Shown here: piece by piece, positions 11,581 to 26,002 of the stretch
How the letters are laid out: the number at the start of each line of letters is the position of its first letter
How positions within the stretch are numbered: the stretch's first letter is position 1
Assembly (NCBI RefSeq): GCF_963921235.1
Contig: NC_086118.1
Span: 23,624,001 to 23,688,000, forward strand
Origin: Mobula hypostoma
Lineage: Eukaryota
DNA: 64,000 nt
Direction: 5' to 3'
Program-made: the position numbers and the translations under genes
The notes under the pieces: generated by a model
Seen by the model: the letters and a program-made list of their open reading frames with translations, nothing else
Databases searched by the model: none
What the model was told of the DNA's origin: nothing

Positions 11581-13866
11581 AGAACATGAAAGTCAGAGAG
11601 AAACATCAAACCCATTCCCTGTCGCCACACAAAAAAGAATGATACCCGATCATCAACCCCTGGGAGCTATGAAATTAGACCCCAGGATCCATCTGCTCAT
11701 CAACACTTAACAGTCTTGTCCTTAACAGTGTACTGTCTCATGACAATGAGAGAGGCCTCCATTAATGTGTCGTCTCAATATATGGTAAAATATTCTAACA
11801 AACTGAAAGAAACTCATTGCTGGTTTTGATTCTCAAAAAAATCTATTCAAGTAGAAGAGATAAGTAATAATATGTTGCTATGTAGATAAAACTGCCAGAA
11901 AAATTGAACTTTAAAGTTAGACCGAACTCAGTATTGGACTGTTCAGAACTATATTTGGTTACATTTGATAGAATTATTGATAAACTATTCATTTAAATCA
12001 CATTGCAATCAGAAATAGTACAAGGTTATCAGGTGTAGATATTAACTTCTAATGATATATAAAATACAAAAAGATAAACATAGTAATATTCCATATGATG
12101 CATCCTGTGTCACGATGTTTCACATTTGGCCAGTCTGAGCTATTTATAAAATTATTCTTGCTATTTAATAATATGTTTTTACAAGCAATATATCCTTCTT
12201 GCAAACTCATGTTTTGTTATAACATTGAAAGGGATTATTCCAGCCCATTGAGTCTATGAACTCTTACAGAGCAATCTCATTCCTTCATTAATTGTCCCAG
12301 TAAAGTATTCTCTTCACATTCCTATTTTCTTCTCCTCTCCCCCTTCATATCCATCTCTCCATTGAAACGGAAATAAACAAATTCTGCACATGCATCATCA
12401 CAGGTTAGGATTGAAACCACAATGCTGATGCTGTGAGACCATAGCTCTATCCGCTGTACCATCATGCCAGACTGTCTATCTATTTAGTAGATTATTATTA
12501 ATTGCTTATGTTTCTTAGCTGATACAACCTTTGTATTCTATACTTCAATTCTGCCTTCAAAACATAGAGTTATTAAGTGCAGTGTATGAAAACAATTCTT
12601 TTGCTTCTGCAAAGTACTGTTTTTACTTTGTGATGCAGCAACAAATTATTGACTTCTTCCATTGCTTATATTATTGCTGGAGATGAATGAATTTCCTTTT
12701 CATTCACAAGTACAATTAATACAGGAGTACAGACAAATGTAATCATTAATTTAATCATTGTACCATAAAATCCAATAGATATCTGATACAGGTATTGTTT
12801 CAATGTGACCATGAAACATAACATTTTGCATTAAATACTGGAAATTTTCACCAACTTTCCCACACCTTCATTTACTTATGATAGAGATTGCTAACAATAA
12901 TTTATCAGAATTCAATAGATCCTCCTGCCATTTGAAATACCAAGATTCAATAGCTTCATCTCTTTTGTCTTTCTGTCTTTTGTTTTCTAGCAGATAAATC
13001 ACTGAGCTCTATAATATTCTAATTCTATGCTTATCAAATTCCTGTAAAGTTTTATCACAATTGTAAATTATAAGAAATCAAATTGTTAATAAAATACATG
13101 AAAACACAATTTCAAAACTGACAACTAAAATACAAGTTATCCCAGTACTAACTCCAACTCTACTCCATATCAGTAATAAACTTGGATTTTGCTTTCCTTG
13201 TGTGGTATCAAAAGGCATTAATCTATAAAAGACAACATTTAACCTTGGATCACCCAAATTTGTGGTGTTAGAGATGCCTAATCACTTCCAAGATACTGCG
13301 TGATGTGGTGCTAGCCCTGACTGCCAAGTAGGAAAACTTAGCACTTCTGCAGATCAGTGTCAGAAATATGCTGACTGACAGGTTGTCTGAAGTCAAACAA
13401 TGTTGATTTGATTTTGGCCCTACCAAACTGTACATTGTAGACTTCCCTGTGTAAGACCAAATTCTACAACTCGCTCTGAATTGGAATGTGCTAGGCCATC
13501 CATCTGTGATAGTTGTTCAGCTTTTCTCCTTCCATTATTACAGATCTGCCAGGCATGCCTTAAAGATCTGTATTTTGTAATTTACCTTCCTGTGTGTTCA
13601 CTATTTAAGTGCCCTCATTGTTTAATATTATGAGGAAAGGATTATGTTTCATCATCTTCAGTTGTCCCCATTAACTCATTTTTACAAATGTCTCCCATTG
13701 GAATCTTGAACTCACCCTTCAGTAGTTATTTTCTTCATCCTATCCATCACTCCCACCCCTGCTGCTCCCACTCACCCTCCCGCCCCCCCCCGCAGCTTGA
13801 TACTAACACGTTTTCTCTCTTTTCCAATTCTTCAAAAGGTTATGAACCTGAAACATTAGCTCTAAT

Positions 13867-13949
13867 CACAAACAAGAGAAAATCTGTAGATGCTGGTAAT
13901 CCAAGCAACACACACACAAAATGCTGAAGGAACTCAGCAGACCAGGCAG
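13867..13949 (-). mobile_element. 83-bp Penelope 3' tip inserted into an older Penelope-like tail
   Basis: 13-bp direct repeat CATTAGCTCTAAT at 13854-13866 and 13950-13962. Confidence 0.75.
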
Positions 13950-15801
13950 CATTAGCTCTAATTCCTTTTCTAGAGAGGCTGTCTAATCTGTTGATTTTTC
14001 CTACTACTTTCTGTTTTTATTTTATCAATCCTTAGAGGACTGCCAACACACAGAAAAGTATCTTGTCCATTACAGTATTAAAATTATAATCAGCCATTTG
14101 TAGAGAAGGTGCTGATTATTTCTGATGAATGTAAATATTGCTAGACAAAAGTCCAGTGTGCTCTTAAGTTCTTTAATATTACCAAGAATGCTTGTCAAAA
14201 ACTTTGTCCTGATTTCGAAGATGTTGCTGTAGCGAATTGCTGACAGCCATTTGGAGGGATTCCTTTCAAATAGGACCTTGAGAATGAAGTCACACAAGCA
14301 GGACAAGGTGCTATGCAAGAGGAGAGGAGATAGGCACTTAGCCGGATGACATATCAGCCGTGGGAATAATTTTCATATTTGGGCTTTACTGAGGAATGAT
14401 GGCTGAGGTGACATGTCACTGAAATCTGTCATTTGCAGCTAGAATGGCAGGGCAGGGCAAGGTCTATATTGCATTTCAAGGTCACAGTGACTAAAAAAAC
14501 TATCATGCAACAGATTTCTTCCAGGTGAGAGTTGGGGATATTTCTAAAATCTCACCATATGTTGTCACATTCACAAAATAGTCATCACTGAAGGCCTCTG
14601 TTCAAAGAAGTTAAATGCATTCCTGAGCATAGCAGTCAGAAAATACTCACAGTTTCTCCACAATTACGGCATTTCCAGTGGCGCATACTGTTTTGTAGGA
14701 TTCCACACCCTCACTATTTGACTGGTGGAAGCAACCAATTGTCATGGCCTTTTCATTCTGAATGTGGCAATTGTATCTAAACTAAAAGGGCAACCCAAAG
14801 ATTGGCAACTGTGCTTCTCGAAGAATTGCTTCTTGACTCAGGCGTATAACCCTTGCTCATGCAGACAATGTGAAAGGACAGGTACCTTCTACAATGCAAA
14901 TGTAAAAGTGCACGTCATTAATATGAGATAACTGAACTCCTCTGCTAGTATTGTTCTCAATTAGCGCTCAAGATTCTAGACGACTATTTCTTATCTCCAT
15001 TATAAGGGTTCAGATCTTAACACTGGCTGTACGATGAACAGTTGTGAGTAGGAGGAGGAGGTTGAGGAAGAGAAGGAGAAAGAATAGAAGGATGGGGAGA
15101 AGCAATGTGCTATAGGTAGACCTTTCTGGTAGGGTTGTCCATGACACTAAGGGTTCCACAACAAATTTTCTCCTTTAACTACCCACTACTGTATTCTCCG
15201 GACTACAAAATAAAAGTAAAAGTCAATGTGAGATAAGTATTTCAATACATGTCAAACCACGGAAATATTAACTTGCCTGTATCGTCTTGGTATCAATCTA
15301 AGTGTGTGTCTGGGACCCCAAGCATCACCATTATAGTGAGTGATGAAAACCTGCTGGCTTTCATGGGAGGAGACAATGAATCACCATAGAAGGTAATTGT
15401 GGCAGCTCTGTGTCAGAAAAATGCGTTTTAAAATTCACGTTCTCAGCATGAGGATTGTGGCTGTGGATTGCATTTGGATTCCAGACTTAATTTTACTGAG
15501 TTTAATCGCACACATTTGGCAAAAAGAGTGCATTGCAAAGCAAAGGCAAAATACATCATGTGTTAGCACAAACATCCGAATAAGTTTACTTTCCACACAG
15601 CATCTTGTGCTACAAAATGAACAATGTCATTCAACCCTGTCAGTTCATTATATTATCCTTCATTTAGCCATTAGAATTCATCCTAATTGTTGACCATTTT
15701 CTCAATAAATGGGAATCATTCATTCTGTTTTTATCTTTATTAATGATATAGTTTAATGCAAAATAAAACTAAACCCATTCCACTTTCAAGTCCAACATAT
15801 G

Positions 15802-17245
15802 TGTAACACCTGTGTAGCACTGGTCTTAATCTTGTGTAACTGGTCACTATACTCTTTTTGAGAAAATCAAGTGACATAGTACAACACTAGGTGCTAGTAG
15901 GTCATTGGAAGTTCTATGGAAAGGAGGCAGTGAATGGAAAACACATACTCCTGGGGGTAAGTTTTGTTTATAAAAAAAGCAATAGATACAAAATATTTAC
16001 ATGAAAAAGCACAATTCAAAATTGCAACATTCTGTTTAGGTTCCAAATCTCAGATATCAAACAAAAACAAATTCCAGTTTAGTTAGAATCAGGAATATTC
16101 ATTAGAATAACCTTTGTTAATTCAATTTCTCTAACTAGTTAGATCTAGTGAAGAAGAAAGCCCTTAACTCTGAGTGGAGTCATCAGGACGCCGTCATGAT
16201 GGTGTTTTCTTATTTTTACGAGGCCGAGTTGCTAGCTCGACGCTCAACCCAACATGGATAGAAAGCGTGCAAGGGAGCCGGCTGGATCCGAACTCGGGAG
16301 CTTTCACTCCGAAGTCCGTCGCTGATGCCACTACGCCACCAGCCAGCCTAGATCTAGTGTTATTCCCTATTTAAAGGTTTACAGACTAACCATTCCTTTC
16401 TATTTATCCCTAATTAGTTAAGAACTAATTAAATTCCTATTCTCAAGTATTATGGTTAACTTCAGTTTCTGTTCAAGTCAGTATGTCTACAAATTCAAAT
16501 TCAACACCAAATATATATATACAGCTTAATTCCTATCACAACAATTCTCCAACACCACAACTTTTAAACAAAGTAAGTCTCATTCAGTAACTTATCAATG
16601 TCTTTGCAAAAGCAATCAGTTCTTGCAGAAAATCAAATTCGAATTCTCTGAATGAAAATAAACTTATTCATCCAACCATATTAAATCCTCTAGGTCATTA
16701 AACATTTAATTCCTGCACTCCTTCTTCGATCCTGGGAGACTCACCATCTTGTTTCTTGGTTCACTGGATGAAATAGCTGATCATCCATGGAAAGTCCATT
16801 CACAAACTTACACCAAACAAAAAACCTGACCAGATTCCTTGGTACAATTTAAAGGAATTAATTCCTGGTAACACGGTAGAGATCTTGAACACTTGTCTCT
16901 GCAGATATTGTCTTGTTATAGCTGCTGCTTGTTATAGCCGAAACTTCAATAAATCTTTTATCACTATTGTCTCTCATCCAGGGGTATCACCCTGAGGTTT
17001 TCAGGTAAGCAGGCTAGAGATACTCATTACTAATTCCACTTTTAACAGCTTATATCTTTAGTTCCTAACAGTTTGCTGCATTTCCCTTGCTTTCCGGTGC
17101 CTTTGTCAACCACACCTCATTCTCGCATAGTTTTTTTCCCCCCAAGTTCCCTTTTTTTTAAAAAATTTGGTAAACTTCACCTTCATCCCTCCACAGGTGG
17201 AGCTTCCTAATATTACATCCTTGTGTTTAATTAACCTGTGTTACA
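15802..17245. mobile_element. Solo LTR (contains a SINE)
   Basis: Termini TGTAACAC...GTGTTACA; TSD TATG at 15798-15801 and 17246-17249. Confidence 0.75.
16151..16348 (-). mobile_element. tRNA-derived SINE
   Basis: A box TGGCGTAGTGG, B box GTTCGGATCC, CTT-repeat tail; TSD TAGATCTAGTG at 16140-16150 and 16349-16359. Confidence 0.85.
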
Positions 17246-17757
17246 TATGGAACTGAACACAGGCTTTAATGTACATTCACAAATGATTTATCAAATACAT
17301 AACAATTTATGATAATTAATCATTAGATAAACAAACAATTGCTCAGGTATCTACATTTGCTAATTTCGATTTTCATGATGGCAGACTGGTGGAGAATTCT
17401 TTAACTTCAAGTTCCAAATTCACTACCTCATCCATCAAGAGACAAGGACAGGATGTCCATGCCTACACACCACTCATATGTTCCTCTCCAAGTTATGCAC
17501 CATCCTGACTTGGAAATTGGATGCCTTAAGTACAATGCAGTGAAAATACCTTTTACCATAAGGAATGCAGCAACTAAAGAAGATGGATTACCACCACCCT
17601 TGAGAAGGGAAATAGACCTTAACTTGTTGAAAACGACCACTTCACATAATGAAACACACGAAAAGAGCTGTCTTTGAGTGTTCTTAACATTTTCATTCCC
17701 AGATTCATTACAGATGACCCCTGCATTATGAAGGGAGATTTGCATTCCTAAAATGTT

Positions 17758-17975
17758 GTCTGTAAAGAATTTTAATGTTCTTCCCTGTAAACCCATGTGT
17801 TTCCTCTGGGTGTCTGAGTTTCCTCTCACATTTCAAACGTACCTGTTGATAGGTTAGTTGGTCATTGTAAATTGTTCTGTGATTAGACTAGGGTTAAACA
17901 GAGGAGTTGTTGTGCAGAACAGCTTGCTGAGCCAGAAGGGCCTGTTCAACACTGTATCTCTAAATAAAATATAAA
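17758..17975 (+). mobile_element. V-SINE (HE1-like), 5'-truncated
   Basis: V-domain GGGTGTCTGAGTTTCCTCTCACA...TTGGTCATTGTAAATTG and CR1-type tail GAAGGGCCTGTT. Confidence 0.75.
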
Positions 17976-20900
17976 TAAGTTAAATAGTTTGCATTGTGAT
18001 TTTCTGTCATGTGAAGCCTTGTTACCTGCATACATTTCAAGAAGTTCTAGTTGACAAAATTGGTGTTGATTCATTTACTTTATTTTACATAAATTCAATG
18101 AGAACATTTTCTCATCTCAAATTTTCTATTTCAATCTTATATTTTGCATTTTATATTTTCTATCTCAAATAATTGGGTAGGGATTTGTGAATTTTGAAAG
18201 GGAGAATTTCCATTACCCAAGCAGCCACAATACTGGGGTCATCTATATTTGAAAGATAATAACACTGAGATAGTGCTTTCATTAAAATATTGTCACTTTT
18301 CAAATGTTGGCCTCACTGCACTGTGGCCCTCCATCCTTCAGCAGAAGGAACTGTGGATATATAGACTTCATTAGTTATGCCAACACTTTGACCATTCTTT
18401 CACAATAATGAATTTAACATCCACCAGCGTTTAGCATTCAGCAAGTAGTTGGAGCATTTTGCTTGACATGATTTGACTTCAATTCTCAACCAAAGAGATT
18501 GATGATCTCTACAAGCTGTCTACACTAACAGTTGCCTTAATAAATTAATGAATTGAATACAAAACCCGGTTCCTACTCACCAAAATTTGTGTTAACAAAT
18601 GACAATTCAGCAGCAGGAAATTGTAATATGGATGAGCCTATGTTACTTGTAATATGGAGATACTGAGTGCTGAAACTCCACGAACCTGCTCAACAAGAGA
18701 CTGGCCGTCATTTAAGTTGAATTTGGAAATGTGAAGAATGCCTAGATTTTGGTTAAAAATAATAGTAATATCTTGCTTCTGCTCTGTGTTAGTGAGATGT
18801 AGAGTTGAAAATATGTTGAAATGTCAATCTTGTCATAAACATTGCATAACAGTAACTTCAAAACAATTGTTTATGTCTGTGGTGTTTGATGAGCCTGTTT
18901 CTTGGATGTTAATTAATCTATGCTTGTAGAGAGGAACGATCATAATGAGTTCTGTAGAAAGCAACACCATTTATCATGCACAGTATTTAATCATTTTGAT
19001 TTGATTGCAAAAAGTGTGCAGGCATGAATATCCTCATTCTTCTCAGTTCTATGCAAAGCAGTGCTCAAATGTTGAAATTGTTTCCACTGTTAGGGCATAT
19101 TCTGGAGAGGGTATATAGCAAATATTAATTTCAGCAACCAATCTTTAGACCTGAATATAGATTGTAGATTTAATTTAAAATTCAAGAGGTACTTGCAGCT
19201 CTGCAACAAGGCAAATCCACCCCAAACACAAGTTGAATATTTATAACATGGAAAAGCATACAGGTTCTGTTTAAATATTCTCTACGAGAAAATGTTCTGG
19301 AAACTTTATCAAAAGTTAAAATATCCTCTATCATGGCTTTTCAAAACTTCTGTTTAGCCCAAAGAATACTTGCTTCAGAAGCTGAAAACATTTGCAAAGC
19401 CTCTTATCAATGTCAATTTGCCTTCCAGAGAAAATTGTGCATGTTCTCATTAACAAAGCAGGCAGTCACATTTCAAATAAATATAAATAGTTTGATAATT
19501 ATAATGTGATTAGTAAATGTGAATACAAATTTGATGTAAATTTGAATGCTGACAGCTTCAAATCCAAATCCACTTATGCTAAGATCTCTAATTTACCATG
19601 AAATTATATTGGAGTAAGTAAACCTTGAGTATTATTTGTCCTTAATTGTTCCTTCTAAATGCATTATAAATTCAAATTATATCTGTCCATTAGGCTCCTA
19701 TTCCTGAATTAAGATGTTGTGAGTGGCATTCTATTCCTTTGATATTGGATTTGAACATAACATATGTTTATGATAAATGAATAATCAGAAAGTCATTTGC
19801 AGGCTGTTTTTGTAGCTGGAAGTCCCATTACTATGAAAGCTTGCATCAATGAAGGAAAATGTATTCCTTGAATTAATTCCCTTGATGCATTCTGGTAATG
19901 TAAGAGGAGGGAAGTGGGGTAGAGTTTGGGCTGTAACATATTTGAAAAAAGTACAGTTAAGGCACAAGCTTACTCAGGCTTGAACTTACTGCTTGGCAAA
20001 CTACTTGTCTATATTTTCATAGACATCAAATAGACCGAGTTGCATATTACTCCCAAGTTTCCCAGATATTGTTGAATTTCCTTGTGTCATATAAGACTTA
20101 CATAAGACAGCACCACTGCTGCTAATATGTGACAGCTTAATAATGATGTCCCACCCTTTTACATCTTTCCTTCACTTGCCTTTTAAAAAAAAAATTGCTT
20201 ACAGTTTGATGTCCATTAAGGGGCTGTCTGGGCCATAGTTTTGCCATCTTTGGACAAATAATACCAAAATTTCTTGATCATTTTTTTCAACATACATTCT
20301 CAACTTGTCCTTTGATGAACTTGAGCTGAGATTCTTCTCAGCTAGAAAACAAAAAACTCACCAGCTTAATCTCAAATACGAACAAGGATTCTGCTTGCCA
20401 CAGGAATTTTCTGACCCGAGTCATCTCTATCATTGTTCAATCTTCTCTTCTTCTAGCACATACTCTGGGAATAAATTCTGCTCTCTTTCTGAAAGTTATT
20501 GCAAGGTTGTGGTTTGAGTGCATAACTGGATCAAAACAGGGGAAACTTTCTCTTGCACCTAGGACCCAGGAATCTTTGGATTTACAGATATGCCCCCAAA
20601 CATATTGGATCAGGAAAGAACCAAAATGGAAAGGCAGAGTGAAATGTTAACCAAATCTTCATTAGTAAATTTAAGATGCTCCAAATAACCACAAATTTTG
20701 GTATGTGCTAACCAGATAAGAACATATGCTGCTCACAAATATGGTATAATTTATCAGATCAAGAAGGAAGTCTTTAGTTAATGAGCCCTCTATATAAATT
20801 TAAAATAACCTTATGCATAGGACTGAATTGGACTGAATCCAGCTCAGCTCCAGACTTATTGCCAAAAGATAACATCAGGTCATACTTACTGAGACCTGCT

Positions 20901-21109
20901 GTGGAGGGCCACGTTAGCTGACTCTCTGCATGTGGGAGGCACCCAGCAAGCATGGTAGAGCCTTTGTAGGCCTGCCTCTAGTACACCCAGAGGCCATGTC
21001 TTTGTCAAACCTGCAAGGCTTTTTTTTAGCTATATTATATGTCTACTATATTTATGCAACATATTGAAATAATTCTGAAGACAGCACATTGGTGGCTATA
21101 TTTGATTAG

Positions 21110-21601
21110 GAGTTAGAGGAGATTTGGTACATCACCAAAGGTTCTAGACAATTTCTACAGATGTGCCATGGAGTGCATTCTAAATAGTTGCATTAACCCT
21201 TGGTATGGAGGAGCCACTGCAGAGGGTTGCAAATTCAGCCAACTTCATAACTCTCCAAAATCGAGGATGTCTTCAAAAGGTGTTGCCTCAAAAAGGCGGT
21301 ATCCGTCATTAAGGGTCCCATCACCCAGGACGTGCTCTCTTCTTATTACTACCATTGGAGAGGAGGCCCAGGGGCCTGAAGATTCATACTCATTATTTCA
21401 GGAACAGCTTTTTCCCCTCCACCATCAGATTTGTGAACAAACAATGAAAACTACCTCACTATTTTAGTCTCTTTCTGAACTACTCATGTAATTAAATTTG
21501 TCTATATATATTTCCTATTGCAATTTATAATTTTTTATGTATTGCATAGCACTGCTGCTTCAAAACAACGTGTCAGTGATATTAAACCTGATTCTGATTC
21601 T
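21110..21601 (+). mobile_element. Rex1/Babar LINE 3' fragment
   Basis: Similar to the 24.0-24.6 kb copy; GATTCT tail. Confidence 0.75.
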
Positions 21602-23074
21602 ATACTGAAAAGTATAAAAGTTATTAAGATTAAGAAATAGTTAAAAATTGGAATAATATGAATCACAATGAAGTGTTGAAGGAATTAAAATCAGTAAATA
21701 AGATAAAACAATAAAAATGAAAAATATTCATTCACATGAATAGGGAACATGATCATATGGCAGCCCTAGATGTGGTAAGGTTGGTGAGATGGATTCCTCA
21801 GCATAATGCAAAGGAATCCTAGAATCATCAGTTTATGCCATTAGCTTTTATATGGAGCTCAGAGATGGAACAAAGCAACAGATGGATCTCCAGAAGTGCT
21901 ATGGAAGTCCCGGACTTAGCTAGGAGAGGTTGAATGCAACAGTTCATTGAGGACTATTAATCATAGCCAACACAATACAACCAGTTTCTTAATAAGCTGG
22001 AGGAAACATGAGATATACTTTCTCGAGAGATTATCAACTATAAAAATTCCAGTGAAATGAGAAGAAACAAGTAACAATGTATTGTGTCCACAGTGGCTCT
22101 TAAATGCTGCTGGTAATAGTGTCAATTTATTCCCAACTAAATTGATAAACTTTCAGAAAAATGCAGCAACATCCAGTCCAAAGCTGCAGTTGTTCTAGTT
22201 TATGAAGGTGCTTTACAGACATCAGAGAAGATGCTTGACAGGTAGATTACTAGGCGATTAAATGCATTGCCAATAAGTGAGAGCCTATTAACTGTAGCAG
22301 TACAATGTACAAAAGCATTCCTTTCAGTAACTTAAAACCATACTGGGGGGAAGGAAGCTCAGCTTATGAATTTTCTTTGTTGATGCTTCCTATAACATAT
22401 GGAATGAACCACTTTATACCAAAACACAAAGCAGTCCTAAAATGAAAATGGTACAGAAATTAAACACTGCAAAAAATACTGCAAAATATAGATTAAACTA
22501 ACATGTAATTGTTCAAGGAATTATACACCCAATAATGCTCTCACTTGAAAATTTGAAGGAATAATTCTGACTTAGTTGGCAAGAGATTTAAAGTGTTGTG
22601 GTAAAACTTACAAATTGCATATTATTCTGTCTAAAGCATTATGCCAGATTTCAATATTTCTGTGTCATCCCTGTTCTCTACGTAGATATAGAGATATCAG
22701 TTATTACAATATAAACCCAACATCATATGCATTCTATAGGTTTACTCAAGCAGAAACTTGGTCAGTTACACACTGCAGCAATTGTGTATGGGATACGATT
22801 TTCTAAATATGAAGATCTTAATTAGCTTGATTATTGTCTTTGTATATTAATTTCACAGGAGCAAAGGAGTGTATTAGATCTTTAAAGAGTTTGCAGCTGT
22901 TCTGCAATAGACTGCAGACATAAGAGTTTTAAGAAAGTCTTGCCCACTGCCCACGATATTTTAGTTGTGTTCAATTTCATAGCAAACATATTTTGTATTA
23001 CTATGCCCACTTTGAAAGAGAGAATATAACTACAGCTGTGAAGCTCCTTGCTGCATTCAGTTCCCCTGTGCTCT

Positions 23075-24636
23075 GTGAATCCTCTCAAGGCAGCAGTCTC
23101 CGATGGAGTACCTGGTAAGGCTCTGAAAACTTGTGCCAAACAACTGGCAGGTGTATTCAAGGACATTTTCAATCTCTCACTGCTACGGTTGGAAGTTTTC
23201 ACCTGCATCAAAAAGGCAACAATTATACCAGTGTCTAAGAGGAGTAGTGGGAGCTGATGCTCAGTAGCTTTCACATCTATGGTGATAATGCTTTGAGAGG
23301 TTGGTCATGGGTAGAATTAACTAGCCATGTGGACCCACTGCAATCTGCCTATCACCACAGTAGGTCTACGGCAGACGCAATCTCAATGGCCCTTCACACA
23401 GCCTTAGTTCATCTGGGCAATACAAACACCTACGTCAGGGTGCTGTTTGTTGACTATAGCTCAGTGTTTAACACCATCATTTCCACAGTCCTGATCCATA
23501 AGTTACAGGACATAAACCTTTGTACTTCCCTCTGCAATTGTCTTCTCGACTTCCTAACTGGAAGACTACAACTTGTGCGGATTGGTGATAGCATCTCCTC
23601 CTCGCTGACGATCAACACTGGTGCACCTCAGTGGTGTGTCCTTAGCCTACTGCTCTGCTCCCTCTATACCCATGACTGTGTGGCTAGGTATAGCTCAAAC
23701 ACCATCTATAATTTTGCTGATGATGCAACCATTGCTGATAGAATATCAGATGGAGATGAGAGGGCGTACAGGAGTGAGATATACCAGCTAGTTGAGTGGT
23801 ATTGCAGCAAAAACCTGGCACTCAATGTCAATAAGAGAAAAGAGCTGATTGTGGACTTCAGGAAGGGTAAAACGAGAGAACACAAACCAATTCTCATAGA
23901 GGGATCAGAAGTGGAGTGAGTGAGCTGTTTCAAGTTCCTGGGTATCAAGATCTCTGTGGATCTAACCTGGTCCCAACATATTGATGCAGCTATAAAGAAG
24001 CAAGACAGCGGCTAAGTTTCATTAGGAATTTGAAGAAACTCGGTTTGTCACTTAAGACACTTGAAAACTTCTAGAGATGTATTGTGGAAAGAATTCTAAC
24101 AGTCTGCATCTCTGTCTGGTATGGGGGGTGGGGGTGTGGGGGCTACTGCACAGGACCGAAAGAAGCTACAGAAAGTTGTTAGATTAGTCAGCTGCATCTT
24201 GGATACTAGACTCTGTAGTATTCAAGACATCTTCAAGCAGCGGTGCCTCAGAAAGGCGATGTCATTATCAAGAACGCCCATCACACAGGGCATGCTCTCT
24301 TCTCATTGTTACCATCAGGAAGGAGGCACAGAAGCCCAAAGGCTCACACTCAGTGATTCAGGAACAGCTTTTTCCCCTCTGCCATCTGATTTCTAAATGG
24401 ACATGGAACACATGAATACTACATCACTTCTTTTTTCTTTTTTTAATATATATTATTTCTGTTCTTGCACTATTTTAAATGTATTCAATATACATATATA
24501 TATATACTTATTGTAATTGATACACTTATTTCATTTTTCTTTCTATATTATCATGTTTTGCATTGAACTGCTGCTGCTAAGTTAACAAATTTCACGACAC
24601 ATGCTGCTGATAATGAACCCGATTCTGATTCTGATT
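23075..24636 (+). mobile_element. Rex1/Babar LINE, 5'-truncated and degenerate
   Basis: RT fragments (DPLQSAY..RSTADAI..FVDYSSVFNTI..FADD); (GATTCT)n tail. Confidence 0.88.
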
Positions 24637-26002
24637 CATTTTTGAAAAAAAGTCTTTGAAATGAAAATATGTGCATCATTCAAATACTGATCCTGTATAA
24701 AATGAAATGTAATTCACTGTTCAGATTTGATTTAGTTTGTTTTTGATTATTCTGTCAAACAGCTCTAGAAAATAGCCTTAGCTCCACTAGAATGTGAATA
24801 TTGGCAAAATAAAGTACAACAATCTGATCAATTGTACATTTTTAGTACATAATTCATACTTGTGGACTAAAATAACAGCATTGTTGAATTATCTAATACG
24901 TTATACAGGCCTTGTCCTTCTGTAAAAAGTCCAGTGTTATTTTAAGTTGTCACAGACTGTGCAGTTTTGTATCTAAAGTGTGCTTTCAATCAATGTTGAT
25001 CTATCTTTCATGGATAGAAGTTGAACTAATTTATAGTTAATCTCAGCTCAGCAATTTAGATAAGAAATTTAATTATTTGCGTTCAGAGCCATGGATACAT
25101 GCCCTTTCTATCTTTCTGATTTTAACATGTTAGATTTTTAACATGTTGTAGTCGGCCCTGTGAGACTGGATGGGCCCAAGTCTGCTGGAAGTGCACAGAG
25201 CAATACTTTGAGCCCGTACTGTCATGGTCCGGATCAGGTTCCCTTTAAATTTACTTTGTTTGTGTTACGATCCAGACCGTTGACTCCCTGTTTCCCTTTG
25301 GTTAAAAAGATTTTTAGGTCTTTTATCCTGCTTTTAAAAGTTGATTCTTTTTTGCATCTTTTACAGTTGAGCAGTCATTCGTTCTCAGCTATTTGACAGT
25401 TTTCTATTTATGTACCTCAAATTAAATACGATCAGCTTCAAAAATTTAACTAGCACTTCGGTAAATCGATACATTTAAATCAAAATTACCACAAAACGTA
25501 ACAAAAATTACCAGAAAAAAAGCAGATAATATTCAAGTAGTCAAAAATTAGAAATTCAACACTTGGCAGCACATTTTACTTTAGGGAATAAAGACTGATT
25601 TTGTGTTAATCGAAATACATCTACATTCTGAGAATTTCCAAAACCACTTCACATCAATGCATTGATTACTGTGTGCAATCACATATGTCTTATTTTGCAG
25701 TTAGTTGTGGAACAGCAAGGTGTTGTCAAGGGCAATGGGATAAGGGTATGTTTGCCACTTTTTGGGAGAATTCCTCCCAAAAGTGGGGTGAAACTATGGT
25801 TCATTTGTTAACTACTTAACTTCAGGATTCAAGTGCCATTCCCATTTTCATACTATTGAAAATGTGCTGTACTGTCAAATACATCATCTAGACATGTTAT
25901 GAAATCAAAGACTCTTTCAGATATACTCAAATAATTGTATTCAAAAATTGGGTATTATTCCTCATGTCTTCTTCAATATTTAATCGTTTAACCAATATCA
26001 GA

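Larger units (their letters stand above)
11174..11660 (-). mobile_element. Short retroposon with a TTTGA-type tail, containing a Penelope mini-hairpin
   Basis: Tail GATAATAAATGTACCTTTGAA shared with copies at 34.5, 45.5 and 49.6 kb. Confidence 0.55.

Noticed and set aside
16270..16348. tRNA gene candidate
   Set aside because: It is the head of a TSD-flanked SINE
25220..25290. TGTCATGGTCCGG LTR-like start
   Set aside because: No matching end or TSD found
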